A stretch of DNA of 23,894 nucleotides from Myxococcota bacterium (GTDB lineage Bacteria > Myxococcota > SpSt-1050), in NCBI GenBank assembly GCA_049969675.1, contig JBMFOP010000051.1:1-23894 (forward strand). The letters run 5' to 3'. Below the pieces are notes generated by a model. It was given only the letters and a program-made list of their open reading frames with translations. It ran no database searches and had not been told where the DNA came from. Numbering within the stretch: the first letter of the stretch is position 1; each line of letters begins with the position of its first letter. A program made the position numbers and the translations under genes. Shown here in pieces: positions 1 to 8,156 of this stretch.

Positions 1-185
1 TAAACGAGGCTTCGCTTTGCTTTGCCATTTCGCCTAAACGGGACGAGCCCTTAGGGGGATGAGCCTAAACGGCGCTTATGGTTTTGTGTTATTTTTATTG
101 TGCTGTGCTTACGCAGATGCACAAGAGAATCATCCTGCCTCACGCTGTTCAGCAGATGATTCGCACTGTATAAATTTTATGAAAT

Positions 186-255
186 AGTCCAAAGTCCATT
201 GTCCACAGTCAACAGTCCATAGTCAACGATCCATAGTTTATAATTCATAGTGTAC
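186..255 (+). repeat. Degenerate heptamer tandem repeat (consensus AGTCMAY), about 10 units
   Basis: Units read AGTCCAA AGTCCAT TGTCCAC AGTCAAC AGTCCAT AGTCAAC GATCCAT AGTTTAT AATTCAT AGTGTAC, with exact 7-nt period. Confidence 0.85.
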
Positions 256-361
256 CATTTGTGGTAAATAACATTGAAGGGTATTTAAGTTGTAGCCTTT
301 TAATTGATTATGAAGAGAATTGTGATATCCTGATTTTGAAAATATAGATCCAGAACCCTTT

Positions 362-409
362 TTTTACAAATAGTTAACTTCTCAAAGCAGATTATTTTGG
401 ACAACGGTG
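362..409 (+). repeat. 48-bp repeat, copy A (inverted relative to 4055-4102)
   Basis: TTTTACAAATAGTTAACTTCTCAAAGCAGATTATTTTGGACAACGGTG matches the reverse complement of 4055-4102 at 44/48 positions. Confidence 0.9.
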
Positions 410-632
410 TTATAAAATCCTATTTCATCAAACGCAGAAAGTTTCTACTCTTAATTAAAATGGACAGAGGATAAAATAGGATCCAGAAAAATGTGCAAAT
501 AATTTCACAGTAAAAGATTTCACAATCAAAGAGTTTGAAGGATATTTATATTCTAACACATTGAATTTAAGTAATTTTGGGTAATTTAAATTCTGGAATA
601 AATTTTGAGTATCTCTTATCAGTGGTGTTTAG

Positions 633-2318
633 ATGTATATCCTCGGTATATCAGCAGGTATGCATGATTCTTCAGCTGCACTCATTAAGGGTGGAAGGAT
701 AATATGTTTTGCTGAAGAGGAGAGATTTATTAGGGAGAAACATACTGGTAAAGTCCCGCTAAATGCAATTAGATTCTGTCTGGATTATGCCAAAATATCT
801 CCCCAAGAAGTATCTGCAATCGGTTTCTTCTGGAAGCCATTTAAGGGTCTGGGAAGAAGGCTCTTAAATTCTATCAAATACAGTAAAAATCCGTTGTACA
901 TTATTAACAAAAAGCAGCCCGGCTATCTTCTCACTATGTTAAAAATACCATATATTTTGAGAAGAGAATTTGGATTTGTCTGTCCATTCTATAATCTGGA
1001 CCATTACCTATGTCATATCGCCTCAGTGTTGCTCACCTCTCCTTTTGAATCATCAGCATTTCTGATTGCCGATGGGAATGGTGAGTTACAGACTATCTGT
1101 GGCGGGATATCAAAAAAAGAAAAGACAAATATTGTTATTCAAAATTTCTTCCCGTATAGCATTGGTCTCGTCTATATGTCTATAACTGAATATCTCGGAT
1201 TCAAGGGGAATTCTGATGAAGGTAAGACTATGGGGCTTGCACCATTTGGCACGACGAGATTTGTTGAAAAGTTCAGGAAAATAATACATGCCAATGGAGA
1301 TGGCAAGATAGATATAAATCTCAGATATTTTGATTATCACTACTCAAAAAAAGAGTTTGTAACTCCTCTATTTGAAAAGGAGTTTGGGCCAAGGAGAAAG
1401 AATGGCGAGGGATTAGAAAATCATCACAGAGATGTGGCGTTCGCCATACAAAGCGTCACAGAAGAGATATTGATTCATATTCTTGAAGTACTTAAAAAGA
1501 GAGTTGATATATCAAAGATTGCTCTCGGAGGGGGAGTCTTTCTGAATAGCGTGGCAAATGATAAAATAAGACGGAATTTTAGAGAGACAAAAATATTTAT
1601 TCCCCCATGGGTCAATGATGCAGGGGCCGCAATAGGGGCCGCTCTAATCCTATCTCAAAGACTTGATAAAGATTTCCAGAGACAATATCAACCTTCCTGT
1701 TACCTTGGGCCAGAATTTTCTGAGAGAGAGATTGAAGATTCTCTAAACAAATTTGGTATAAAATACTACCGCTCAAATGACATCTTTACAGAGACTGCAA
1801 ATGAGATTGCAAATGGAAAAATAATTGGCTGGTTTCAGGGAAGGATGGAGGCTGGACCACGCGCACTCGGGAACAGGAGTATCCTTGCAGACCCCAGAAA
1901 ACGGGAGATGAAAGACATCTTAAATCTCAAAGTGAAACACAGGGAGAACTTCAGGCCATTTGCCCCTGCAGTACTGCTTGAAAATGCAGATGAGTATTTT
2001 GATATAGATATTGAAAGCCCATATATGCTCTTTGCCTGTCCGGTCAGACCCAATAAGACTGGTCTGATACCATCTGTAGTTCACATAGATAATACTGCCC
2101 GTATCCAGACAGTATCACGGGAATCCAACGAGAGATTCTATAATCTCATTTCTGCATTTGATAGACTCACTGGTATCCCGGTAGTGCTCAATACATCATT
2201 CAACATTGCCGGTGAACCTATTGTCTGTACACCTGAGGATGCAATAAAGAGCTATCTCACTAGCGAGATTGACGTGCTCGTCATGGGAGATTTCATAGCC
2301 CGTAAAAAGCGGGGATAA
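633..2318 (+). CDS. O-carbamoyltransferase, NodU/CmcH/TobZ family
   Basis: N-terminal ILGIS..HDSSAAL and EEERF.REKH; Kae1-like HxxxH (HYLCH) and DGxGE; GKTMGLAPFG; GGVFLNSVAN; DAGAAIGAA; C-terminal GPRALGNRSILADPR, FRPFAP and LNTSFN..GEPIV. Confidence 0.95.
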   Translation: MYILGISAGMHDSSAALIKGGRIICFAEEERFIREKHTGKVPLNAIRFCLDYAKISPQEVSAIGFFWKPFKGLGRRLLNSIKYSKNPLYIINKKQPGYLLTMLKIPYILRREFGFVCPFYNLDHYLCHIASVLLTSPFESSAFLIADGNGELQTICGGISKKEKTNIVIQNFFPYSIGLVYMSITEYLGFKGNSDEGKTMGLAPFGTTRFVEKFRKIIHANGDGKIDINLRYFDYHYSKKEFVTPLFEKEFGPRRKNGEGLENHHRDVAFAIQSVTEEILIHILEVLKKRVDISKIALGGGVFLNSVANDKIRRNFRETKIFIPPWVNDAGAAIGAALILSQRLDKDFQRQYQPSCYLGPEFSEREIEDSLNKFGIKYYRSNDIFTETANEIANGKIIGWFQGRMEAGPRALGNRSILADPRKREMKDILNLKVKHRENFRPFAPAVLLENADEYFDIDIESPYMLFACPVRPNKTGLIPSVVHIDNTARIQTVSRESNERFYNLISAFDRLTGIPVVLNTSFNIAGEPIVCTPEDAIKSYLTSEIDVLVMGDFIARKKRG

Positions 2319-2321
2319 TAG

Positions 2322-4052
2322 ATGTTCAGACTGACTAATAGATATCTCCTTTACACAATCTTATTTTTAATATTCTGGATTATCTGGAATATTTACTGGA
2401 TAAATAATAATTATGAGTATTCCGGATTTGATATTCTGGGGCATCTCAGTAATGAAAAAGATGTGCTTGCACAAATTTCATCGGAGTTGAGATATAGTTC
2501 GTTCACAGCCGGGATAAAGACAATAACTCAGTTATCAAGAGAGGGTTTAAACTGGCCAAAACTATCCTATGTCATTAGTGCAATTTTTGAGATTCTAACT
2601 GGCTATAATAATAATGCCGTAATATATTCCAACTTCATATATGTACTGCTTATAATCTTTTCTGTATTTGGTATATCAAAGGTAATTCATAGCAACCTGG
2701 CTGGTTTCTACTCTGTAATCTTGCTACTTCTTATCCCCGGATTTATAGGCTTTACAAGATTATATAGTCTTGATTTACCGCTTGGAGCAATAATAATTCT
2801 AACTATTTATATGTTTATTTTATTTTCAGAGAATTTTTCAACGGCCAGGGCTTTAATACTCGGACTGGTAATATCTCTCGGTGTCCTGATAAGACCACAA
2901 TATCTCCTCTATATCTTCATCCCGATGATTATCTTCAGTATAAAAATTGTTGACAACCAGAGGGAGGGTTCAGAATTTTTGCCGTTTCTTCCTATAACAT
3001 TGGGAATGCTCTCTCTCCTTTATTGGGTCACAGAATACCCAAATAAAATTGATGGGGCATTCCAACAACTATTCTTACATCTTGGAAAAGATATCTTCCA
3101 ACCCGACTATAAATTTGATTTTGATCTTAACTATAAGCCATTTGGAATTGACTATTTTTCATTCTATATTAAGGTATATCTTGTAAACTCTGGCATAATA
3201 AATTTTGTTATATTCACACCTTTGATATTTAGCTCCGTAGTAATAGCATTTAAAAGGAAGATGACACTCTCACCATACATAATTGTAATGACTTCCTTTA
3301 TCTGGATATATTTATTACTCTCAATAATGTCTTCAAAAGTCCCAAAATATTTTATGGTTGAATATCCTCTAATTGCCATTATTTCTGGCTGCACGATAGC
3401 CAGTATAGAGAGTAGAATTATCCGTTATTTCATACATCTATTTATATTTTTCTCCATCATCTTCAATATACTTCTTTCTCATTCACAGACCTTTAATTTC
3501 TTTGTATCAGACAATACCTACAAAATCTTTGGACCAGCCTCAGAGATGTGGGAGAGGCCGATTGATGGGAAGGGATATAAGGATATTGCATCACAGATAG
3601 CCTCTCTCTTAAAAGAGTTATCCACAAAGAAACCATATCCTTATGTCTGCATAATTCCTGAAATAACTAATATTGAAAAAATCTATTTCATAGAAAGTCA
3701 ATATCAAAATCTTATCTATCTAATCAGGAGATACTTCTCCCCATGGCTCTCAATAAGAGTGGAGAATACAGATGCAAGTGAAATTGAATATTTCAGGAGT
3801 AAGGCGATTTTACCGATGAACTATAGTTTGATATTTAGAAATAACACTGCAGGCGTAACCTGTTATAGAGAAAGTGATATAATAATTGCAATACGACAGA
3901 TTGATGCAAAGAATCAAATTGATATCAAAGATAAAACATTATCAGGAATAAATGATTACAAAAGAATATACATATCAAATCTAATAAAAGGACTCAGAGA
4001 ATGGTGGACAGATGCAATTGTTGAGGTATATGTAAGAAAAGATATGAATTAA
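2322..4052 (+). CDS. Polytopic GT-C fold glycosyltransferase (ArnT/PMT-like) with a C-terminal extracytoplasmic domain
   Basis: About 11-13 hydrophobic segments; acidic D..H motif after TM1 (GFDILGH); NWPKLSY loop; RLYSLDLP; LGVLIRPQY; KVPKYFMVEYPLIAI; soluble C-terminal tail. Starts 3 nt after the carbamoyltransferase stop. Confidence 0.75.
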   Translation: MFRLTNRYLLYTILFLIFWIIWNIYWINNNYEYSGFDILGHLSNEKDVLAQISSELRYSSFTAGIKTITQLSREGLNWPKLSYVISAIFEILTGYNNNAVIYSNFIYVLLIIFSVFGISKVIHSNLAGFYSVILLLLIPGFIGFTRLYSLDLPLGAIIILTIYMFILFSENFSTARALILGLVISLGVLIRPQYLLYIFIPMIIFSIKIVDNQREGSEFLPFLPITLGMLSLLYWVTEYPNKIDGAFQQLFLHLGKDIFQPDYKFDFDLNYKPFGIDYFSFYIKVYLVNSGIINFVIFTPLIFSSVVIAFKRKMTLSPYIIVMTSFIWIYLLLSIMSSKVPKYFMVEYPLIAIISGCTIASIESRIIRYFIHLFIFFSIIFNILLSHSQTFNFFVSDNTYKIFGPASEMWERPIDGKGYKDIASQIASLLKELSTKKPYPYVCIIPEITNIEKIYFIESQYQNLIYLIRRYFSPWLSIRVENTDASEIEYFRSKAILPMNYSLIFRNNTAGVTCYRESDIIIAIRQIDAKNQIDIKDKTLSGINDYKRIYISNLIKGLREWWTDAIVEVYVRKDMN

Positions 4053-4054
4053 TC

Positions 4055-4102
4055 CACCGCTCTCCAGAATAATCTGCTTTGTGAAGTTAACTATTTGTAA
4101 AA
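4055..4102 (-). repeat. 48-bp repeat, copy B
   Basis: Reverse complement TTTTACAAATAGTTAACTTCACAAAGCAGATTATTCTGGAGAGCGGTG is 44/48 identical to 362-409. Begins 2 nt after the GT-C stop codon. Confidence 0.9.
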
Positions 4103-4190
4103 TATGGAGATGTGAACTGGCATTAATGTTGATCCCTGAAACTCTTTGGTATCAAATCTACCCCGAATAAAAACATTTATAAGGAAATAA

Positions 4191-4273
4191 TGCGGAAGGG
4201 GGGACTTGAACCCCCATGGCTGTTAACCACTAACTCCTGAGGCTAGCGCGTCTACCAGTTCCGCCACTTCCGC
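4191..4273 (-). tRNA. tRNA-Leu(CAG), CCA not encoded
   Basis: Cloverleaf: acceptor GCGGAAG/CTTCCGC, D-loop with GG, anticodon stem CTAGC/GTTAG with loop CT-CAG-GA, long variable arm TGGTT-AAC-AGCCA, T arm GGGGG-TTCAAGT-CCCCC, discriminator A followed by TTA. Confidence 0.97.
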
Positions 4274-4285
4274 ACTGGGATTGAT

Positions 4286-4314
4286 ATAATTATTTATTCA
4301 AACCAAATTGTCAA
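4286..4314 (-). promoter_or_regulatory. Putative sigma70 promoter of tRNA-Leu
   Basis: TTGACA (4314-4309), 17-nt spacer, AATTAT (4291-4286), 12 nt upstream of the tRNA 5' end. Confidence 0.6.
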
Positions 4315-4368
4315 GAAATGATTTACTATCTATGCCCTTAAATCTTCATATGAAATACTAAAATCCTA

Positions 4369-4441
4369 ATTCGGCATAGCCGAAACCAAAATCCTTGAAA
4401 AATCTTCTGTGCATTTTGCGAAGAAGTTACGATTAAAGAAT
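4369..4441 (+). mobile_element. 73-bp MITE/REP-like element, copy 1, flanked by CTA direct repeats
   Basis: 67/73 identical to the reverse complement of 22870-22942. Ends ATTC...GAAT; CTA at 4366-4368 and 4442-4444; hairpins at 4370-4384 and 4404-4426. The repeat is certain; mobility is inferred. Confidence 0.7.
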
Positions 4442-5359
4442 CTATACGAGTACATAGTTGATTGCATTCCGAGGGATGTAGCATCTAATATTATTGGAAT
4501 CCGGGTCGTGTGGATAAAAGTTAAATCCAAATGCCTTGCTGGAATATCCGGAATGACTCCCCCACTGACACTCTCCATCTCTAAATTCAATGAAGAGATT
4601 CTGAGGGTCTGCCTCTCTGACAAATCCCTGTCTATCAATCCTTGAAGGGTCACCTATTAGATTCTTTACCCAGAATATAGCCTTGAGGTCCTCTGTTGTA
4701 TAACTCTCAATCTTTCCAGTAAGTGCATTTCTAATTGTAAATCTGTCTATATGGATATCTATATCAGTAATTATTCTTTTTATTATTTTGCCACTGAAAT
4801 ATCTGATAACAATTCTCTCGTAACCTCCCTGCAACTGCCGTGCAAATCTTGTATAAATACTGGAATAGAGCCAGTAGGCATTTCGTAGATATGAACGTAC
4901 AAGACCGAGAGTAATGTTGTCATTCATCTTAACGGGGGTCTTTATATCGGGGAAGATACTCCGCTCATTTAAAAGTGTTCCAAATCTGGACTTGAGATCA
5001 GTCAGCCAGATTTCAGAAGAGGAGACTATATTTATCATAGCATGTCTTTCTGATACGGTTGGATGCTCAATTTGTAATTCACAATCACTGTGCGAGCCTA
5101 TGCATATCTGCTTTGAAAAATCCAATTTAAGATTTACTACCTTATAATCCATTATATCCAACGGAGATTTCAGGACAACCTGTACAATCTTTTTAAATTG
5201 ATTTACATCAATATCCCCAAAAGTCATTTTACCAGGTAGAGAATAACAGTAGATTATACCATCAAAGGTTGAACAGAACTTTTCCTTTGGAAATTCTATA
5301 AAGAACGGGATGATATCATCAATTGTAAAAGTCTTTACCTCGCCCCCTGTAATATTCAT
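4442..5359 (-). CDS. FHA domain protein with a C-terminal DUF6982-like domain
   Basis: Central FHA fold (ICIGSHSDCELQI..PTVSERHA..LTDLKSRFGTLLN..DNITLG). C-terminal pattern RIVIRYFSGKIIK..DLKAIFWVK..FRDGE..GFNFYPHDPDSNNIRCYI recalls DUF6982. RBS GGAGG upstream. Confidence 0.75.
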   Translation of the reverse strand: MNITGGEVKTFTIDDIIPFFIEFPKEKFCSTFDGIIYCYSLPGKMTFGDIDVNQFKKIVQVVLKSPLDIMDYKVVNLKLDFSKQICIGSHSDCELQIEHPTVSERHAMINIVSSSEIWLTDLKSRFGTLLNERSIFPDIKTPVKMNDNITLGLVRSYLRNAYWLYSSIYTRFARQLQGGYERIVIRYFSGKIIKRIITDIDIHIDRFTIRNALTGKIESYTTEDLKAIFWVKNLIGDPSRIDRQGFVREADPQNLFIEFRDGECQWGSHSGYSSKAFGFNFYPHDPDSNNIRCYIPRNAINYVLV

Positions 5360-5383
5360 TCAACATACCCCTCCTATAAGATA

Positions 5384-5746
5384 CTATTCGCTCGGTTTAT
5401 CAGATAAAAATCCAAATTTGCCATAGTTTGGTGAATTCGGCGTGGGCTCAAGCCCATCATTCTTGAAATAATAATGGTCTTTAACGCCGCAGGAGAGCGT
5501 CTCAATTATCGTCTCTTTTCTATCATTAAAAGTTATAGATGTCACTCTATGGTCTCTGCAACTCGGATAGGTATAGGTGAGAATCTGGACCGTCCTCCTC
5601 TCAATTCTGGAATGGAGTGGATCCCTTGTCCCTAAAAATATCGCAACACCAATAGCAATACATAGCGCTACAATCATAAAAATCCAGAGTGAAATATTCA
5701 TCTGAATAAATCCAGGTCTTGTTCCTCTCTTTTCAAAAACTGGCAT
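5384..5746 (-). CDS. Small membrane-anchored protein with a prepilin-like N-terminus
   Basis: Basic leader KRGTRPG|F followed by about 22 hydrophobic residues; two Cys in the soluble part; strong RBS GGAGGAG. Confidence 0.6.
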   Translation of the reverse strand: MPVFEKRGTRPGFIQMNISLWIFMIVALCIAIGVAIFLGTRDPLHSRIERRTVQILTYTYPSCRDHRVTSITFNDRKETIIETLSCGVKDHYYFKNDGLEPTPNSPNYGKFGFLSDKPSE

Positions 5747-5758
5747 ATTATCTCCTCC

Positions 5759-6241
5759 TTATAATTTGTACCCAATCATCCTTAAAAAATCCTTTCGCTT
5801 CCTGATATCCTCATCTGATTCCACGCCTTTTGGTGGACTCCCATCAATAACTCCGATGATGCCTCTGCCCTTCTCTGTCTCGGCAACTACTACCTGCAGT
5901 GGATTGGCGGTTGCACAGAATATATTTGCCACCTCCTGACACTGCTTGATTGCGTTCAGCACATTTATTGGATATGCATCCTTCATCAAAATTACAAAGG
6001 TATGACCACAGGCGATATTCTTTGAATTTTCAATAGCGACAGAGAGTAGTTCACTGTCGTTCCCTTCCTTACGAATAAGACAGGGACCGGATGCCTCAGA
6101 GAAGGCGATACCAAACCTTGCGGATGGTAGATGCGTCTTAAATATCTCGTAAAGGTCTTCCACAGTCTTGATGAAGTGCGATTGACCTATAATAATATTA
6201 GAATTTTCTGGTATCTTGATGTCAACTACCTTGAGTTCCAT
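5759..6241 (-). CDS. DUF355 / adenosine-specific kinase (adenosine monophosphate-protein transferase) family protein
   Basis: Signatures [72 protein letters not shown]. Confidence 0.9.
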   Translation of the reverse strand: MELKVVDIKIPENSNIIIGQSHFIKTVEDLYEIFKTHLPSARFGIAFSEASGPCLIRKEGNDSELLSVAIENSKNIACGHTFVILMKDAYPINVLNAIKQCQEVANIFCATANPLQVVVAETEKGRGIIGVIDGSPPKGVESDEDIRKRKDFLRMIGYKL

Positions 6242-6257
6242 CTATAAAAAACCTCTC

Positions 6258-7442
6258 TTATATCTTCTCAAAAATTATTGCAGATGCCTCTCCACCGCCG
6301 ATACAGGCTGTGGCTAAACCATATCTGTAATCTTTATCCATCATAATGTGAAGAAGTGTGGTAATCACTCTTGAGCCGCTCGCCCCAATTGGATGTCCGA
6401 TGGATACTGCACCACCTCTTATATTGACTATATTTGATGGGAGATTAAATGCCTTCATTGCCAGTATGGTAACCACTGCAAATGCCTCATTTATCTCCCA
6501 GTAATTAATATCCTCAACCTTCATATTTGCCTTTTTCAGTACCTTTTCAATCGCATAAACCGGTGCAATGGTAAACCAGTCAGGTGCTGTCGCGGTCGAT
6601 GCCTGTGCAACAACTCTTGCCATAGGTTTTAAGTTGTATCTCTTTACCACATCCTCTCCAACCACCACAAGGGCAGCGGCTCCATCATTTATTGTTGAGG
6701 CATTTCCGGCTGTAACTGTCCCATCCTTGTTGAAGGCTGGCTTCAATGTTCTGAGTTTGTCAAGTTTATCATTCTTGGGCTCGTCATCTTCTTTTACCAG
6801 TATCTCTCCCTTTTTGGATTCTACCTTTACCGGAACCACCTCTTTATCAAACTCACCATTCTTCCACGCGGTAGAGGAGCGCCTGTATGATTCAAGGGCA
6901 AAATCGTCCTGCTCTTCTCTTGAAATATTCTTCTCACGGGCTGCCTTATCAGCAAAAGAGCCCATATGCTGTTGATTATATACATCCCACAGACCATCTT
7001 TTATCATCAAATCTTCTATTACATCATTTCCCATCCTGAGACCACTTCTCGCTTTAGGTATTGCAAAAGGTGCATTGCTCATAGATTCCATACCACCGGC
7101 GACTACAATATCTGCATCATTACACATAATTGCCTGTGCAGCGAGCATAACCGATTTCAGGCCGGAACCACAGACTTTATTGACTGTCATCGCACAGACC
7201 TCATCTGGAAGCCCTGCAAATCTTGTGGCCTGCCTTGCCGGTGCCTGTCCTTCTCCTCCCATCAATACATTCCCCATTATAACCTCATCCACCATCTTCT
7301 TCTCAATATTTGCCCTTTTAACTGCCTCCTCAATAGCAATAGCCCCAAGTTTTGTGGCTGGAACTGAGGAGAGGGATGCCATAAAGTTACCTACTGGTGT
7401 TCTGACTGCACTTATTATAAATACATCCTTAAACTTTCCCAT
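6258..7442 (-). CDS. Acetyl-CoA C-acetyltransferase (thiolase)
   Basis: Catalytic motifs NKVCGSG, INEAF, GHPIGASG and CIGGG. Start moved to ATG 7442 (MGKFKDV) because GGAGG lies at 7447-7451 and this removes the overlap with the upstream gene. Confidence 0.96.
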   Translation of the reverse strand: MGKFKDVFIISAVRTPVGNFMASLSSVPATKLGAIAIEEAVKRANIEKKMVDEVIMGNVLMGGEGQAPARQATRFAGLPDEVCAMTVNKVCGSGLKSVMLAAQAIMCNDADIVVAGGMESMSNAPFAIPKARSGLRMGNDVIEDLMIKDGLWDVYNQQHMGSFADKAAREKNISREEQDDFALESYRRSSTAWKNGEFDKEVVPVKVESKKGEILVKEDDEPKNDKLDKLRTLKPAFNKDGTVTAGNASTINDGAAALVVVGEDVVKRYNLKPMARVVAQASTATAPDWFTIAPVYAIEKVLKKANMKVEDINYWEINEAFAVVTILAMKAFNLPSNIVNIRGGAVSIGHPIGASGSRVITTLLHIMMDKDYRYGLATACIGGGEASAIIFEKI

Positions 7443-7452
7443 AAAACCTCCA

Positions 7453-8055
7453 TTATTTCTTTTGTAAAAATCTATTATGTGCAAGTATCTTGATACTGGT
7501 CTTAAAGACCACTTCTATCTTATAATCCTCCATTACTGTCCTTACCACACCTACACCAAATACTGGATGATTTAAGAGGTCGTTTTCAAAATATTTATCT
7601 TTGATGCTATAAGGACGGGCAGTTGATGGGTCTCTGCCGAGCATAAGGTCTTCCCAGATTCTGTAACAATTCTGCTGGGATTCCAATTCTTTGACCTCAT
7701 CGGGCTTTGAGGATGATTCCTCCTCCATCCTCTTTTTGAGGGCAAGTATCCTGTGGTAATTGTACTCCGATTTACAGACTTCACATCTTACCCTGCGAAT
7801 CTTCTGCCCGATAAAACCTGTAATGGTATTATCTGTCTCCCTTTTGCACCTCGGACAGAAAAGTAGAATTGTCTTCTTCTCCTGCCTCTGATTCTCCTCT
7901 ACCGTCTTACTCTTCTTTATCTCTTTCTTTGGAGATGTACTGGCTTTTTTTATACTCCTCTCCTTCTTTTCTTTTACCACCAACTTTTTAGCACTCCCTT
8001 TCTTCACAGCGGGAACCTTCTTTGAAATACTCTTCTTTACCTTTTTTGTACTCAT
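7453..8055 (-). CDS. Hypothetical protein: Lys-rich N-terminus, Zn ribbon, Tudor/SH3-like C-terminal module
   Basis: MSTKKVKKSISKK.. low-complexity basic tail; CPRC..CEVC; Y...Y..NDLLNHPVFGVGVV..KIEVVF. RBS GAGGAG. Confidence 0.8.
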   Translation of the reverse strand: MSTKKVKKSISKKVPAVKKGSAKKLVVKEKKERSIKKASTSPKKEIKKSKTVEENQRQEKKTILLFCPRCKRETDNTITGFIGQKIRRVRCEVCKSEYNYHRILALKKRMEEESSSKPDEVKELESQQNCYRIWEDLMLGRDPSTARPYSIKDKYFENDLLNHPVFGVGVVRTVMEDYKIEVVFKTSIKILAHNRFLQKK

Positions 8056-8074
8056 CTTCTCCTCAAATTAAAAA

Positions 8075-8150
<76 letters not shown>

Positions 8151-8156
8151 ACATAT

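Noticed and set aside
31..73. GCCTAAAC as an integron attC core, or a CRISPR array
   Set aside because: It does not match RYYYAAC, there is no paired GTTRRRY, the repeats are too short for CRISPR, and no integrase or cas gene is present.
59..187. 42-aa ORF MSLNGAYGFVLFLLCCAYADAQENH... with a signal-peptide-like start
   Set aside because: The G-rich run abuts the ATG with no spacing, the ORF overlaps strong hairpins, and I recognise no homology.
256..632. Possible pseudogene fragments (for example DPEKCANNFTVKDFTIKEFEGYLY)
   Set aside because: The plus-strand frames are broken by stops and no family is recognisable.
633..2318. HYLCH in place of the usual HHxAH as a sign of an inactive carbamoyltransferase
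   Set aside because: The metal-binding HxxxH spacing and the downstream Asp motifs are intact.
4103..4273. tRNA-Leu as an island integration site
   Set aside because: No duplicated tRNA 3' end and no integrase are visible in the window, so it cannot be supported here.
4366..4653. ORFs 4366-4653 (-) and 4409-4645 (+)
   Set aside because: They overlap the FHA-DUF6982 gene and run into the 73-bp repeat; spurious.
6568..7467. Antisense ORFs within the thiolase, and similar short ORFs inside hutU, TPR, S8, nagB and other genes
   Set aside because: Shadow or alternative frames of well-supported genes, with no recognisable motifs.
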